A stretch of 49,285 nucleotides of DNA from Polyangiaceae bacterium. GTDB lineage: Bacteria; Myxococcota_A; Polyangia; Polyangiales; Polyangiaceae. Shown here in pieces: positions 1 through 8,714 of the stretch. A program made the translations under genes and the position numbers. Where the stretch lies: positions 1 through 49,285 of the forward strand of contig JBGANF010000051.1 in the NCBI GenBank assembly GCA_044222475.1, given 5' to 3'. Each line of letters starts with the position of its first letter. Position 1 is the stretch's first letter. Under the pieces are notes generated by a model, which was given only the letters and a program-made list of their open reading frames with translations, was not told the origin of the DNA and ran no database searches.

Positions 1-452
1 TTGATCGCGCCGCTCGCGCGCGCGGCGTCGAGCTCGGCTTGGGTGATCTTCCCGTCCGCGTTGGCGTCCGCCGGGGCGATGTGCGCCCAACGGTCGGCGC
101 CGACTTCCGTCGCGTCGAGCGAACCGTCGCTGTTCTTGTCGGCCTCGGCGAACATGCGCTGCTTGCGCTCGTCGAACGCCTTCTGGATCTCGTCCGCGCC
201 GAGGACGCCGTCGCCGTTCGTGTCGGCCTTGCCGAGGTGGTCCTGCATCTTCTGCGGGAGCTCGGCGACTTGGAGCTTGCCGTCGCCGTTCTTGTCGAAG
301 TGTTGGATGAAGTGCGCCGGGTCGTGACCGTGACCCTGAACCTGGCTCGTCCCCGTCGCGAGCGCCGCGGACTGCGACGATTCGGACGTTCCGCCGCACG
401 CCGCGAGGACGAGAGCGAGGAGCGAGCCGGTGAGAGTGAGTGTCTTTTTCAT
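1..452 (-). CDS. EF-hand domain lipoprotein (runs off left edge)
   Basis: Not in the ORF track; translated by hand: MKKTLTLTGSLLALVLAAC (lipobox), then four EF-hand-like loops DKNGDGKL, DTNGDGVL, DKNSDGSL, DANADGKI. AAGGAG RBS at 465-470. Confidence 0.88.
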   Translation of the reverse strand, partial: MKKTLTLTGSLLALVLAACGGTSESSQSAALATGTSQVQGHGHDPAHFIQHFDKNGDGKLQVAELPQKMQDHLGKADTNGDGVLGADEIQKAFDERKQRMFAEADKNSDGSLDATEVGADRWAHIAPADANADGKITQAELDAARASGAI

Positions 453-475
453 GGTGTCGTCGATCTCCTTGCTCG

Positions 476-507
476 TGAGACGAAGCACCGGACCCCGACC
501 CTACGGC
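476..507 (-). promoter_or_regulatory. Putative ECF promoter GCCGTAGGG-N16-CGTCTCA for the EF-hand gene
   Basis: Same boxes and spacing as the copy at 599-630. Confidence 0.75.
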
Positions 508-598
508 GTTCCTCGATTATTTTGGGGGATCCCAGTTTCCATTCGTTTTCGCAGACTTGCGGGGCGGTTCGAGCCCTCGTTCATGTTTCTCAACAATC

Positions 599-630
599 GC
601 CGTAGGGAGTACGGTCCTCCAGGCGTCTCA
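599..630 (+). promoter_or_regulatory. Putative autoregulatory ECF promoter GCCGTAGGG-N16-CGTCTCA
   Basis: Directly upstream of the ECF sigma gene; CGTC -10 core is typical of ECF promoters. Confidence 0.75.
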
Positions 631-672
631 AACGACAAGGAGAGCGGTGCACCTTGAACCCGGAGCCCACGG

Positions 673-1197
673 TTGAGCGACCTCGAGCGAGCTGCCCAGC
701 GCCTCGCCAAAGGCGACGCGTCGGCGTTCGAGGAAATCGTCGAAGCGACGAGCGCGAAGCTCGTGCGGCTCAGCGCGCGCATCGTGGGGAGCGTGGCCGA
801 TGCGGAGGACGTGGTGCAGGACGCGTACGTGAAGGCCTACGCGGCGCTGACCGACGGCACCTTCGACGGTCGATCGAGAGTCGAGACGTGGCTCTACCGG
901 ATCGTGGTCAACGGAAGCATCGATGCGAAGCGCAAGCGCAAGCGCACGCAGGCCGACGAGCTCGTGGACGAGAGCTGGGGCGGCGATGCGAGGGCCTCGG
1001 CCGAAGCGACGGTCGCCCTCCGCGAGATCGCGTCGTGGCTCGGCGACCTCCCGGAGGAGCAGCAATCGGTGCTGGTCCTGAAAGCCGTGGAAGGATTGTC
1101 GTCGGCGGAGATCGCGGAGATTCTTCAATGCAGCGAGGGCGCGGTGGAGCAGCGGCTCGTGCGCGCTCGGGCGACGCTGAGGGATAGGAAGACATGA
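673..1197 (+). CDS. ECF RNA polymerase sigma factor
   Basis: Region 2 DAEDVVQDAYVK...TWLYRIVVN; region 4 EGLSSAEIAEIL...VEQRLVRAR. Start codon uncertain. Confidence 0.93.
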   Translation: MSDLERAAQRLAKGDASAFEEIVEATSAKLVRLSARIVGSVADAEDVVQDAYVKAYAALTDGTFDGRSRVETWLYRIVVNGSIDAKRKRKRTQADELVDESWGGDARASAEATVALREIASWLGDLPEEQQSVLVLKAVEGLSSAEIAEILQCSEGAVEQRLVRARATLRDRKT

Positions 1198-1481
1198 GCG
1201 ACAAAGACGACATCGACGAGAAGCTGGAGCGCCTCACGAGCGCGACTGCGAACGTGCGGCCGCGCAGCGACTTCAACGCGCGCGTCCTCGCCGCGGCGCG
1301 CGCGGGGCGTTCACCCGCGATCGACGGCGGCTTCTGGGCGCAGCTGCCGCGCGCGGCGCGCTGGGTCATCCCTGCGGCCGCGTTGGCGGCTGCGCTCTCG
1401 ATCGGGTTCGCGACCGCGGACGCGAACGCCGTCGACGACGCGGTCGTGAGCACGGACGACGACGGTGAGGTCGATTGGTGA
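1194..1481 (+). CDS. Putative single-pass anti-sigma factor
   Basis: ATGA overlap with the sigma gene; cytoplasmic N-terminus, one hydrophobic helix, short acidic tail. Confidence 0.7.
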   Translation: MSDKDDIDEKLERLTSATANVRPRSDFNARVLAAARAGRSPAIDGGFWAQLPRAARWVIPAAALAAALSIGFATADANAVDDAVVSTDDDGEVDW

Positions 1482-1876
1482 CACGCGCGAAGTGGAAGGG
1501 CTACGCGGCGCTCCTCGCCGTCTTTCTCCTCGGCGGGGCCGCAGGAGGCGGCCTCGTGTTCTGGCGCGTGCAGAAGCACCACGCCGCGATGCTGAACGAC
1601 GGGCGCGCGCTCCAGACGCGGAGGCTCAACGTCCTCACGAAGAAGCTCGACCTCGATCCCGACCAGCAGACCAAGATCGGCGCCATCCTCGACAAGGATC
1701 GCGTAGACAGCATCGCGCTGAACGACGACATGATGGAGAAGTGCGGACAGCCGCTGCGCGATCACAAGGCCGACGTCGCTGCGCAGATCAAAGCGGTCCT
1801 GCGGCCCGACCAGCAGGCTCGGTTCGACAAGCTCGTCGAAGATCGCAAACGCGGCCGCGGCCGTGGCCCGCGGTGA
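1475..1876 (+). CDS. Periplasmic Spy/CpxP/heavy-metal-sensor-like protein
   Basis: N-terminal TM segment, then LDLDPDQQ and LRPDQQARF (LTxxQ-like) repeats. Confidence 0.7.
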   Translation: MVTRAKWKGYAALLAVFLLGGAAGGGLVFWRVQKHHAAMLNDGRALQTRRLNVLTKKLDLDPDQQTKIGAILDKDRVDSIALNDDMMEKCGQPLRDHKADVAAQIKAVLRPDQQARFDKLVEDRKRGRGRGPR

Positions 1877-1879
1877 TGC

Positions 1880-2410
1880 TCAGCGCGCGAGCGCGACGGT
1901 GAGCTCGGGCGAGAACACGTAGTCGGTCTTCGGCGCGCCGCCGTGGCAGGAGTTGCACCCGCCCGTCGTGCCGGCGCCGTAGGCGTCGCCGTTGGGCGGC
2001 CCCTCGCCTCGCCACGTCATGATGACGTGGCCCGACGTGTCGTGGACGAGCTCGAACCACTCCCAGTCGCGCGCACCCTGCGGGTTGAAGCCACCGCCGC
2101 GTTTGACCATCGCGAAGACGTGACGCGTGTAGAGCTCTCCGTTGCCCGACTCCTTCACGAAGATCGTCCCGACCGGGAACGAGGTCGATCCGGGCGCGGG
2201 CAATCGATTGTAGAATACACGTCTCGGACCCACGAGATGGTCGTTGCCGGGCGCGGCGTCGACCATGATCTCGAACGACGGCCACGATCGGTAGTCGGCG
2301 AAGGAGTCACCGAACGCGATGAACGTCTCCGGGGCGGGAGACGGCGCGGTGTCGACGGCGCAGCCGAGGGAGGCGAGCGCGATCATCGCAGCGACACGGA
2401 GCGGGAGCAC
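1880..2410 (-). CDS. Cytochrome P460-family lipoprotein
   Basis: Lipobox SLGC; GTIFVKE, FAMVKR, DWEWF; C-terminal CNSCH heme motif. Confidence 0.7.
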   Translation of the reverse strand: MLPLRVAAMIALASLGCAVDTAPSPAPETFIAFGDSFADYRSWPSFEIMVDAAPGNDHLVGPRRVFYNRLPAPGSTSFPVGTIFVKESGNGELYTRHVFAMVKRGGGFNPQGARDWEWFELVHDTSGHVIMTWRGEGPPNGDAYGAGTTGGCNSCHGGAPKTDYVFSPELTVALAR

Positions 2411-2437
2411 GCCGTCAGCTTAGCGCGGTTTCGGTGC

Positions 2438-2968
2438 CTAGTAGCGGACCCCGAACGCGAGCGACGGCCCCCACACCTGGGCGCTGTTCAGCTCGAGCTC
2501 CGCGGCCAGGAAAAGCGCGGGGCGCGTGGTGTCCGCGTTGTCGTCCGCGACGGGTCGCGGCGGGCCGAAACGGAGCACGTCCACCGCGATGCGAAGAGTG
2601 CCTTCGAGGAACAGCGCGGTGAGGGCATCCCCGCGCGTCGCACGAGCGATCGACAGGATCCCGACGCCGCCACCGAAGCCAAAGCGCGCGCGTCCGACGA
2701 CGTACTCGAGGACGAAGCCCGCATGACCTTGGAAGATCGTGAGCCCTTCGAGGGTGCGACCGGCGTCCATGCCCGTGCGAAAACCGCCGGCGAGGTGGGT
2801 ACCCCGGGCGCCGAAGGTCATGCGAAGCGACCCGAGCTCGATCGGCACGCGGTAAAGCGCGCGCTGGGCGAAGCCGACGTCGGCCGTGAACTCCTGGGTG
2901 GCGGCTTGGGTCGAACGCGCGGCGACGAGCGACGCGATGACGATCCCGACGGCCATGCCGCGCCTCAT
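2438..2968 (-). CDS. Secreted beta-rich hypothetical protein (outer-membrane-like)
   Basis: Signal peptide, alternating beta strands, terminal GVRY; ATGA-coupled to the upstream gene. Confidence 0.6.
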   Translation of the reverse strand: MRRGMAVGIVIASLVAARSTQAATQEFTADVGFAQRALYRVPIELGSLRMTFGARGTHLAGGFRTGMDAGRTLEGLTIFQGHAGFVLEYVVGRARFGFGGGVGILSIARATRGDALTALFLEGTLRIAVDVLRFGPPRPVADDNADTTRPALFLAAELELNSAQVWGPSLAFGVRY

Positions 2969-3252
2969 TGGCACACCCCGCGCACGCATGCTCCGCCCCG
3001 TAGCTCGCTGCAGCTCGCGCTCAAGATGCAGCGGGATTGCCTCTCGTCGAACGATGGGAGGACCGGCGACGTGCAGTAGTGCGCCTCGTATTCGCACCGG
3101 AGATTGCTCGTGGAGCCGGGCGAGCAACACCCGTCGATCTTCGCGACCGCGTCCTCGCAGAGGAACTCGTCGGAGCGGACGGTGCATGCCGTCGGCGGAA
3201 AGCAGACGAGGCCCACGACGGTCAGCGCGACCAAGCCAGGGACGTGACGCAT
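2965..3252 (-). CDS. Small Cys-rich secreted hypothetical protein
   Basis: MRHVPGLVALTVVGLVC..., many Cys residues; sigma54 motif immediately upstream. Confidence 0.65.
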   Translation of the reverse strand: MRHVPGLVALTVVGLVCFPPTACTVRSDEFLCEDAVAKIDGCCSPGSTSNLRCEYEAHYCTSPVLPSFDERQSRCILSASCSELRGGACVRGVCQ

Positions 3253-3263
3253 GCGTCGGACCT

Positions 3264-3279
3264 TGCATCGATGATGCCA
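3264..3279 (-). promoter_or_regulatory. Putative sigma54 promoter TGGCATCATCGATGCA
   Basis: GG-N10-GC, about 12 nt upstream of ATG 3252. Confidence 0.5.
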
Positions 3280-3304
3280 GGCACGCAACGCGCAGAAAGG
3301 CTCG

Positions 3305-4576
3305 CTACCCGACGGAATGACCAGATCGTCGAGTCACGTCGTGTCGCCTGGGCGCCACAGTGGGCGCGGGGGTGTCGAGTGCGATCATGCCAGCGGTGAT
3401 CGTCTCGATCGCGTCGTGGGTGAGCGCGCGGAGATCGTTCGCGGTGACGCGGCCGCCCGCGCGCGCGCCAGCGACGTCTGCGAACGCCGGTGTCTCGGAG
3501 CGGCGCACGCGATCGATCCCGCGAGCGAGCCCCGCCGTGACTGCGCGCCGCACGTCCGCGCCCCCGCGAGCCACCGCCCAGGCGACGAATCGCCACCCCA
3601 GCTCGGCGTGGCGCGCCTCGTCCTCGGCGATGCGCGCAAGCGCGTCTCGCGCCGCGGGGTGGGTCGCGCCTTCGAGAGCGCGAGCTGCGACGAGCGCCGC
3701 GAACGTCTCGCCGGCGCAGCACTCCTCGGCGGTGGCGGCGGCGATCTCGTCGAGCCGCGCTCGCGGGGAGATGCCATCGAGCGCGAGCGCGGATGGCCCC
3801 TTCCCTTCTCCCGGCGCCGAGCCGAGGGCGAAGCACAGCCGAGCGTGCTCGATCTCGTCGAGCGCAGCCCGGTGTGCGTCGGCCACGAACGAGGGAGGAG
3901 CGCCGACGGCGAGGAGCTCCAGCGAGAAGCGGGCGAACGCCGCGACCGAGGCGTGCTCGAGGAGCGCATCGGAGAGCCACGCAGCGCGGACCTCGGCCGA
4001 GAGCGTCGCCCCGACCGCCCCGGACCAATCCCAATTTGGGACGACGTCCGCCTGTCGCTCGCGACCGCGGTCGTCGACGAGGACGCGACCGCAGGGTGCG
4101 GCCTGGCCTCGGCACACGGTGAAGCAGCACTTCTTGGCCTTGACCGTCGGTCCAGAAAGCACGTCTTGGATCCCGTTGCAGAGATCGCGGACCTCGGCCT
4201 GCGAGACGCAGCCGTTGGCGTCGAAGGCGGGCTTCATCTGGATCTGCTTCGGTGGTCCAGTGAACGCGTCGAGGCAGTACTCCTCGCGGGTACCGTACGG
4301 ACACGAGCTCGAAGGTGCAGAGCTAGCCGTGCTCGTGCCCGTACTCGTTCCCGTACTCGTTCCCGTACTCGTTCCCGTACTCGTTCCCGTACTCGTTCCC
4401 GTGCTCGTTCCCGTACTCGTTCCCGTGCTCGTGCTCGTGCTCGTAGTCGTGTTCGTAGTCGTGCTCGTACTCGTACTCGTCCCCGTATCCGCCGCCCGCT
4501 CCGCCGGCCGGCACGCCATCACCGCGCCCGCCGCGATCGCCCCGAGCACCCTCCCCCGAAGCACCCACGCATTCAT
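3305..4576 (-). CDS. Ferritin-like domain lipoprotein with Thr/Ser/Gly linker
   Basis: Lipobox VMAC; LEHASVAAF, DEIEH, GET and DEARH diiron-type motifs. Confidence 0.8.
   Translation of the reverse strand: MNAWVLRGRVLGAIAAGAVMACRPAERAADTGTSTSTSTTTNTTTSTSTSTGTSTGTSTGTSTGTSTGTSTGTSTGTSTGTSTASSAPSSSCPYGTREEYCLDAFTGPPKQIQMKPAFDANGCVSQAEVRDLCNGIQDVLSGPTVKAKKCCFTVCRGQAAPCGRVLVDDRGRERQADVVPNWDWSGAVGATLSAEVRAAWLSDALLEHASVAAFARFSLELLAVGAPPSFVADAHRAALDEIEHARLCFALGSAPGEGKGPSALALDGISPRARLDEIAAATAEECCAGETFAALVAARALEGATHPAARDALARIAEDEARHAELGWRFVAWAVARGGADVRRAVTAGLARGIDRVRRSETPAFADVAGARAGGRVTANDLRALTHDAIETITAGMIALDTPAPTVAPRRHDVTRRSGHSVG
4331..4485. repeat. Tandem 12-bp (CCCGTACTCGTT) and 6-bp (CTCGTG/CTCGTA) repeats encoding TSTG/TS
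   Basis: About 8 copies of the 12-mer, read directly. Confidence 0.95.
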
Positions 4577-4578
4577 GG

Positions 4579-5406
4579 TCAGTCTCCGTCCAGGCTCATC
4601 TGTTTGTGGTCGCCGCCCTGAATCGCGCCGAGCTCGCTCTCGGTCGAGAGCTCGCTCCACAGGCCCCACGCCCGCACCTTGCGATCGAGGTAGAGCACGC
4701 GCTCGGCGCACCGCGCGATCGCCTGGATGTTGTGCGTGACGAGCACCGCCGCGATGGTCTCCGACGCGCTGATCTCGGCCATCAAGTCGACGATGGCCGA
4801 GCGCCCGCTGACGTCGACGCCGGCGGTCGGCTCGTCGAGGATGAGCAGCTCCGGCTTGGTCACGAGCGCGCGCGCGAGGAAGACGCGTTGCGTCTCGCCG
4901 CCAGAGAGATCCTTCATCTGATGGTGGGCGAGCTTCGCGGCACCGGTGCGCTCGAGCGCCTCCATCGCCGCCTTCTTCTCTTCCTTGGACGCAAAGAGCG
5001 GCCACTTGCCTCGCAAGTTGGCGACGACCACCTCGAGCGGGGTCGCCGGAAAGTCCCGGTCGAAGCTCTTCCGCTGCGGGACGTATCCCACCTTGCTCCG
5101 ACCACGCACGACGTCGAGCCCGCAGATGGTCACCGTGCCTTGCGTGGGTGCCTGCAGGCCGAGGATGATCTTGAGGAGCGTCGACTTGCCCGCGCCGTTC
5201 GGCCCGCAGAGGCACAGGAACTCGCCGACGGGAACGTGGAAGCTCACGTTCTCGAGCACGTCGCGCTTGCCGAACGAGACGCTCACGTCCTTCACCTCGA
5301 GGACCTTCCTCGCGTCGTCGGGAGGGAGCGTGCCGAAGTAGAGCTCGCTGTACCGGCGGCTCGACTTGCCGAGCGAAGACGGGGGCGGCGCGTCGGAGCG
5401 GCTCAC
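4579..5406 (-). CDS. znuC: Metal (Zn/Mn) ABC transporter ATP-binding protein
   Basis: GPNGAGKST, GYVPQ, LSGGE, ILDEPT, VTH; GTGA overlap with the binding-protein gene. Confidence 0.88.
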   Translation of the reverse strand: MSRSDAPPPSSLGKSSRRYSELYFGTLPPDDARKVLEVKDVSVSFGKRDVLENVSFHVPVGEFLCLCGPNGAGKSTLLKIILGLQAPTQGTVTICGLDVVRGRSKVGYVPQRKSFDRDFPATPLEVVVANLRGKWPLFASKEEKKAAMEALERTGAAKLAHHQMKDLSGGETQRVFLARALVTKPELLILDEPTAGVDVSGRSAIVDLMAEISASETIAAVLVTHNIQAIARCAERVLYLDRKVRAWGLWSELSTESELGAIQGGDHKQMSLDGD

Positions 5407-6350
5407 TTGAGGAACTTCTCCAGCGCCGCGACGTTGTAGCGAATGAGCTTCTCGTACGTGTCGGTCTCGGGCGTGCCGCCGACGGGGTCCAGCGTTCCGA
5501 GCTGGATCTTCGCCTGATCGGCGATGGTCTTCGCGGGCCGCGGATCGAGCTGCGGTTCGCCGAAGAGCGCGGTCACTTTCTTCTCGGTGACGACTTTGAG
5601 CACCTCTTCGATGTACTCGCCGGTCGGCGTCGAGCCCGGGAACGGCTCGATGACGGCGATGATCTGGAGCTTGTAGCGATCGGCGAAGTAGTTGAACGAC
5701 CCGTGGAAGGTGATGAAGCCGCGCGTCTTCCACGTGGCGATTTGGGCGTCGACCTCTTTGTCGAGCTTGTCGATCTCGCCGTCGACCTGGGTGGCGCGCT
5801 CCCGGTAGCCGTTCGCGTGAGCCGCGTCGACCTTGGAGAGCTCGTCGCCGATCGCCTTCACCATGACGCGCACGCGCGAGGGGTCCATCCACACGTGCGG
5901 ATCCGTCGCGCCCTTGTCGTGGTCGTGATCGTCCTCGGGGATCGTCTTGTGCGCCGCTTCGTCGCCGATCGGGTCGTCTTTCACCGTCAGGGTCGGCACT
6001 CGCTCGCCGACCTTCACGATCTTCGCCGTCGGCGCGGCGTCCTTCATCAGCTTTTCCATCCACGGGTCGAGCCCGAGCCCGACCATGATCCCGATCTTCG
6101 CCTGCGAGACCTCTTCGACGTCTTTCGGGGTCGGGTCGAAGCTGTGCTCGGTGTGGCCCGGCGGCAGCACCAACGTCACGTCGGCGTCGGGACCGGCGAT
6201 GCGGCGCACGACGTCGTAGAGCGGGAAGATCGACACCGCGATCCGGGTCTTGCCGGTCGATTCTTGCTTGCAGCTCTTGCAGCCGGTCGGGACCGAGAGG
6301 AGCCCGATCATCGCGGCGAGGAGGAGGAGGGCGATCGCTTTGGTGCGCAC
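5403..6350 (-). CDS. znuA: Metal ABC transporter substrate-binding lipoprotein
   Basis: TEHSFDPTP, His-rich loop DDHDHD, DPHVWMDP, FHGSF, LDPVG. Confidence 0.9.
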   Translation of the reverse strand: MRTKAIALLLLAAMIGLLSVPTGCKSCKQESTGKTRIAVSIFPLYDVVRRIAGPDADVTLVLPPGHTEHSFDPTPKDVEEVSQAKIGIMVGLGLDPWMEKLMKDAAPTAKIVKVGERVPTLTVKDDPIGDEAAHKTIPEDDHDHDKGATDPHVWMDPSRVRVMVKAIGDELSKVDAAHANGYRERATQVDGEIDKLDKEVDAQIATWKTRGFITFHGSFNYFADRYKLQIIAVIEPFPGSTPTGEYIEEVLKVVTEKKVTALFGEPQLDPRPAKTIADQAKIQLGTLDPVGGTPETDTYEKLIRYNVAALEKFLK

Positions 6351-6398
6351 GCGCCAACGATACCCGAGTCGGGGGATTTGGGGTATGCCGGGTCGGCC

Positions 6399-7607
6399 AT
6401 GCGCCACGGCCCGATCCTCCTCGTCGCTCTCGCTCTCACTGCGGCCACGCTGGGCGTGGATGCCCCCGCCAGCGCGTGTGGTGCGGCGTATCCGCCGGGA
6501 AGCTACGTCCAGCTCTCACGCGAGCAGACCGTCATCGTGTGGGACGCCGAGAAGAAGATCGAGCACTTCATCCGCAAGCCGACCTTCGACGGCGATCCGA
6601 AGTCGTTCGGGTTCTTCGTGCCGACTCCGACGGTGCCGGTGATCAAGAAGGAAGACGACGCCATCTTCGACCGCGTGCGCGGCTTGCTTGAGACGCCGCG
6701 CAAGCAGGGCGGTGGTGACGGCCGGGGTGCACCCGGTGGGGCGGTCGCCGCGGCGGGCCACGTCGACGTGCTCCAGACGGTCGTGATCGACGGCTTCCAG
6801 GTCGTGACCCTCGCCGCGACGGACGAGAACGCGCTGGGCGACTGGCTCGGCAGGAATGGCTTCGTGGACAAGCCGGCGCTGCGGACGTGGGCGAAGACCT
6901 ACACCGCGAAGAAGTGGGTCATCAACGCGATGCGATACGAAGGGACGAACGCGGACGGCAAGCGCGGCTTGCTCGCGACGCCGACGCTTCGCCTCTCGTT
7001 CGCGATCGACGCGCCGTTCTATCCGTACACCGAGGTCCCCCCCGACGCCGCGGATCGCGCGGCCTTCACCGCGCGCAGCGGTCCGATCGGCTGCTCGCCG
7101 GACGACCCGCTCTGCTACGACCGCGGTCCCAACTACGTACCGCCGCGTCCGCTCGACGTGTGGCTCGTCGCGCAGAGCTCGATGCAAGGAAACATAGGGC
7201 TCTCGACCGGTGGACCGCCGACGCTCGACGCGGCGCTCGTGACCTCGGCCGCGGTCGGGCAAGCGCTCGGCGACACCAAGGAGTGGGGCTTCGATCCGAA
7301 GGCCCACGACACATGGGTGGTGAGCCACCTGTCCGAGCAAGTCGCGACGCGCAACGCGTCCGCCGACGTCGTGTTCGGTGGATACGATCTCCCGAAGCCG
7401 CGCCTGGGGCCGAGCCTTCTGCCAACGCCGGTGGACGACGTCGACACCTACGATCCCGACAGTCTCTTCCACGTCGAGAAGCCGGCGACTGGGCTCTCCC
7501 GCAAGACGAAGATGCACCGCGTCGCCGCGGCGCTGCTCGGGCTCCTGATCGTCGCCGCTGCCGCGTTCGGGGTGTGGTCCCAGCGCGAGAAAAGCGGGAC
7601 CCACTGA
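6399..7607 (+). CDS. DUF2330-like secreted protein with C-terminal TM anchor
   Basis: Signal peptide ASACG, FGFFVPTP, ALGDWLGRNGF; C-terminal hydrophobic helix. Confidence 0.7.
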   Translation: MRHGPILLVALALTAATLGVDAPASACGAAYPPGSYVQLSREQTVIVWDAEKKIEHFIRKPTFDGDPKSFGFFVPTPTVPVIKKEDDAIFDRVRGLLETPRKQGGGDGRGAPGGAVAAAGHVDVLQTVVIDGFQVVTLAATDENALGDWLGRNGFVDKPALRTWAKTYTAKKWVINAMRYEGTNADGKRGLLATPTLRLSFAIDAPFYPYTEVPPDAADRAAFTARSGPIGCSPDDPLCYDRGPNYVPPRPLDVWLVAQSSMQGNIGLSTGGPPTLDAALVTSAAVGQALGDTKEWGFDPKAHDTWVVSHLSEQVATRNASADVVFGGYDLPKPRLGPSLLPTPVDDVDTYDPDSLFHVEKPATGLSRKTKMHRVAAALLGLLIVAAAAFGVWSQREKSGTH

Positions 7608-7629
7608 CCCGTGGTAGTGTCCCCCGCCC

Positions 7630-8667
7630 ATGCTTCCGTTCGAGATCCGCGGAGTCGTCGCCGCTGACGAAGAGCAGCTGCTCGCGGTCGCGCATCACCT
7701 CGACACGGTGAACCTTCCCGATGACCGCGAGGTCATCAAGAGCATCATCGATCAGTCGACGAAGAGCTTCACCGGTCAGGTGAAGGATCCGAAGCGACGC
7801 GACTACGTGTTCGTCCTCGTCGACACCGCGAAGCAGAAGATCATCGGCACCTCGATGATCATCGCCCAGCTCGGGCGGCGCGACGCACCGTACATCTACC
7901 TCGACGTCACCGAGGAGGAGCGCTACTCGCAGACGCTCGACAAGCACTTCAAGCACGTCATCTTGAAGATCGGCTACTCGTTCAACGGGCCGACGGAGAT
8001 CGGCGGGCTCATCCTCCTGCCCGAGTACCGCAAGGTGCCGGAGAAGCTCGGCCTCATCATCAGCTACGTGCGGTTCTTGTACCTGAAGATGCACCGCGAG
8101 CTCTTCCGGGACGAGGTCCTCGCGGAGCTGCTGCCCCCGCTCGAGCCCGACGGCACGTCGCACCTGTGGGACGCGCTGGGCCGTCACTTCACCGGCATGA
8201 CCTACGCCGAGGCCGATCTTCTGTCGAAGAAGAACAAGGAGTTCATCAAGGGCCTCTTCCCCGAGGGCGCGATCTACGCGTCGCTCCTCCCGAAGACTGC
8301 CCAGGACGTGATCGGCAAGGTCGGCGCGCAGACGCGCGGCGTCGAGCGCATGCTGCGTCGCATCGGCTTCCGCTACGCCGAGCGCGTCGACCCGTTCGAC
8401 GGCGGCCCGCACTTCACCGCACCGACCGACGAGATCGAGCTCGTCCAGCGCTCGACGAAGCGAACCATCGGGCGACTCTTGGGACCCAAGGACAACCCGA
8501 AGTCGCGGTTCCTCGTCGGCATCGATCTCCCCGACGCGCCGCACTTCCGGGCCGTCATCTCGCACTGCATCGTCCTCGGTGAGACCGAGGTCGCGCTCGC
8601 CGAGTCCGCGGCGGAGCACCTCGGGCTGAAAGTGGGAGACGACGTGTGGGTCCTCGAGCTCGACTGA
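7630..8667 (+). CDS. astA: Arginine N-succinyltransferase family protein
   Basis: NLPDD, TEIGGLILLPEYR, WDALGRHFTGMTYAEAD, VDPFDGGP. Confidence 0.85.
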   Translation: MLPFEIRGVVAADEEQLLAVAHHLDTVNLPDDREVIKSIIDQSTKSFTGQVKDPKRRDYVFVLVDTAKQKIIGTSMIIAQLGRRDAPYIYLDVTEEERYSQTLDKHFKHVILKIGYSFNGPTEIGGLILLPEYRKVPEKLGLIISYVRFLYLKMHRELFRDEVLAELLPPLEPDGTSHLWDALGRHFTGMTYAEADLLSKKNKEFIKGLFPEGAIYASLLPKTAQDVIGKVGAQTRGVERMLRRIGFRYAERVDPFDGGPHFTAPTDEIELVQRSTKRTIGRLLGPKDNPKSRFLVGIDLPDAPHFRAVISHCIVLGETEVALAESAAEHLGLKVGDDVWVLELD

Positions 8668-8714
8668 AGGCGAAGACGGGGCGCATCGGCGGCGGGCGAA
8701 CGCTACGCCCGCCG

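Noticed and set aside
1..657. Plus-strand ORFs 1..327, 39..605 and 430..657
   Set aside because: Shadows of the minus-strand EF-hand gene and its promoter region.
4331..4485. Tandem repeats as a CRISPR array
   Set aside because: No unique spacers, short in-frame units and no cas genes.
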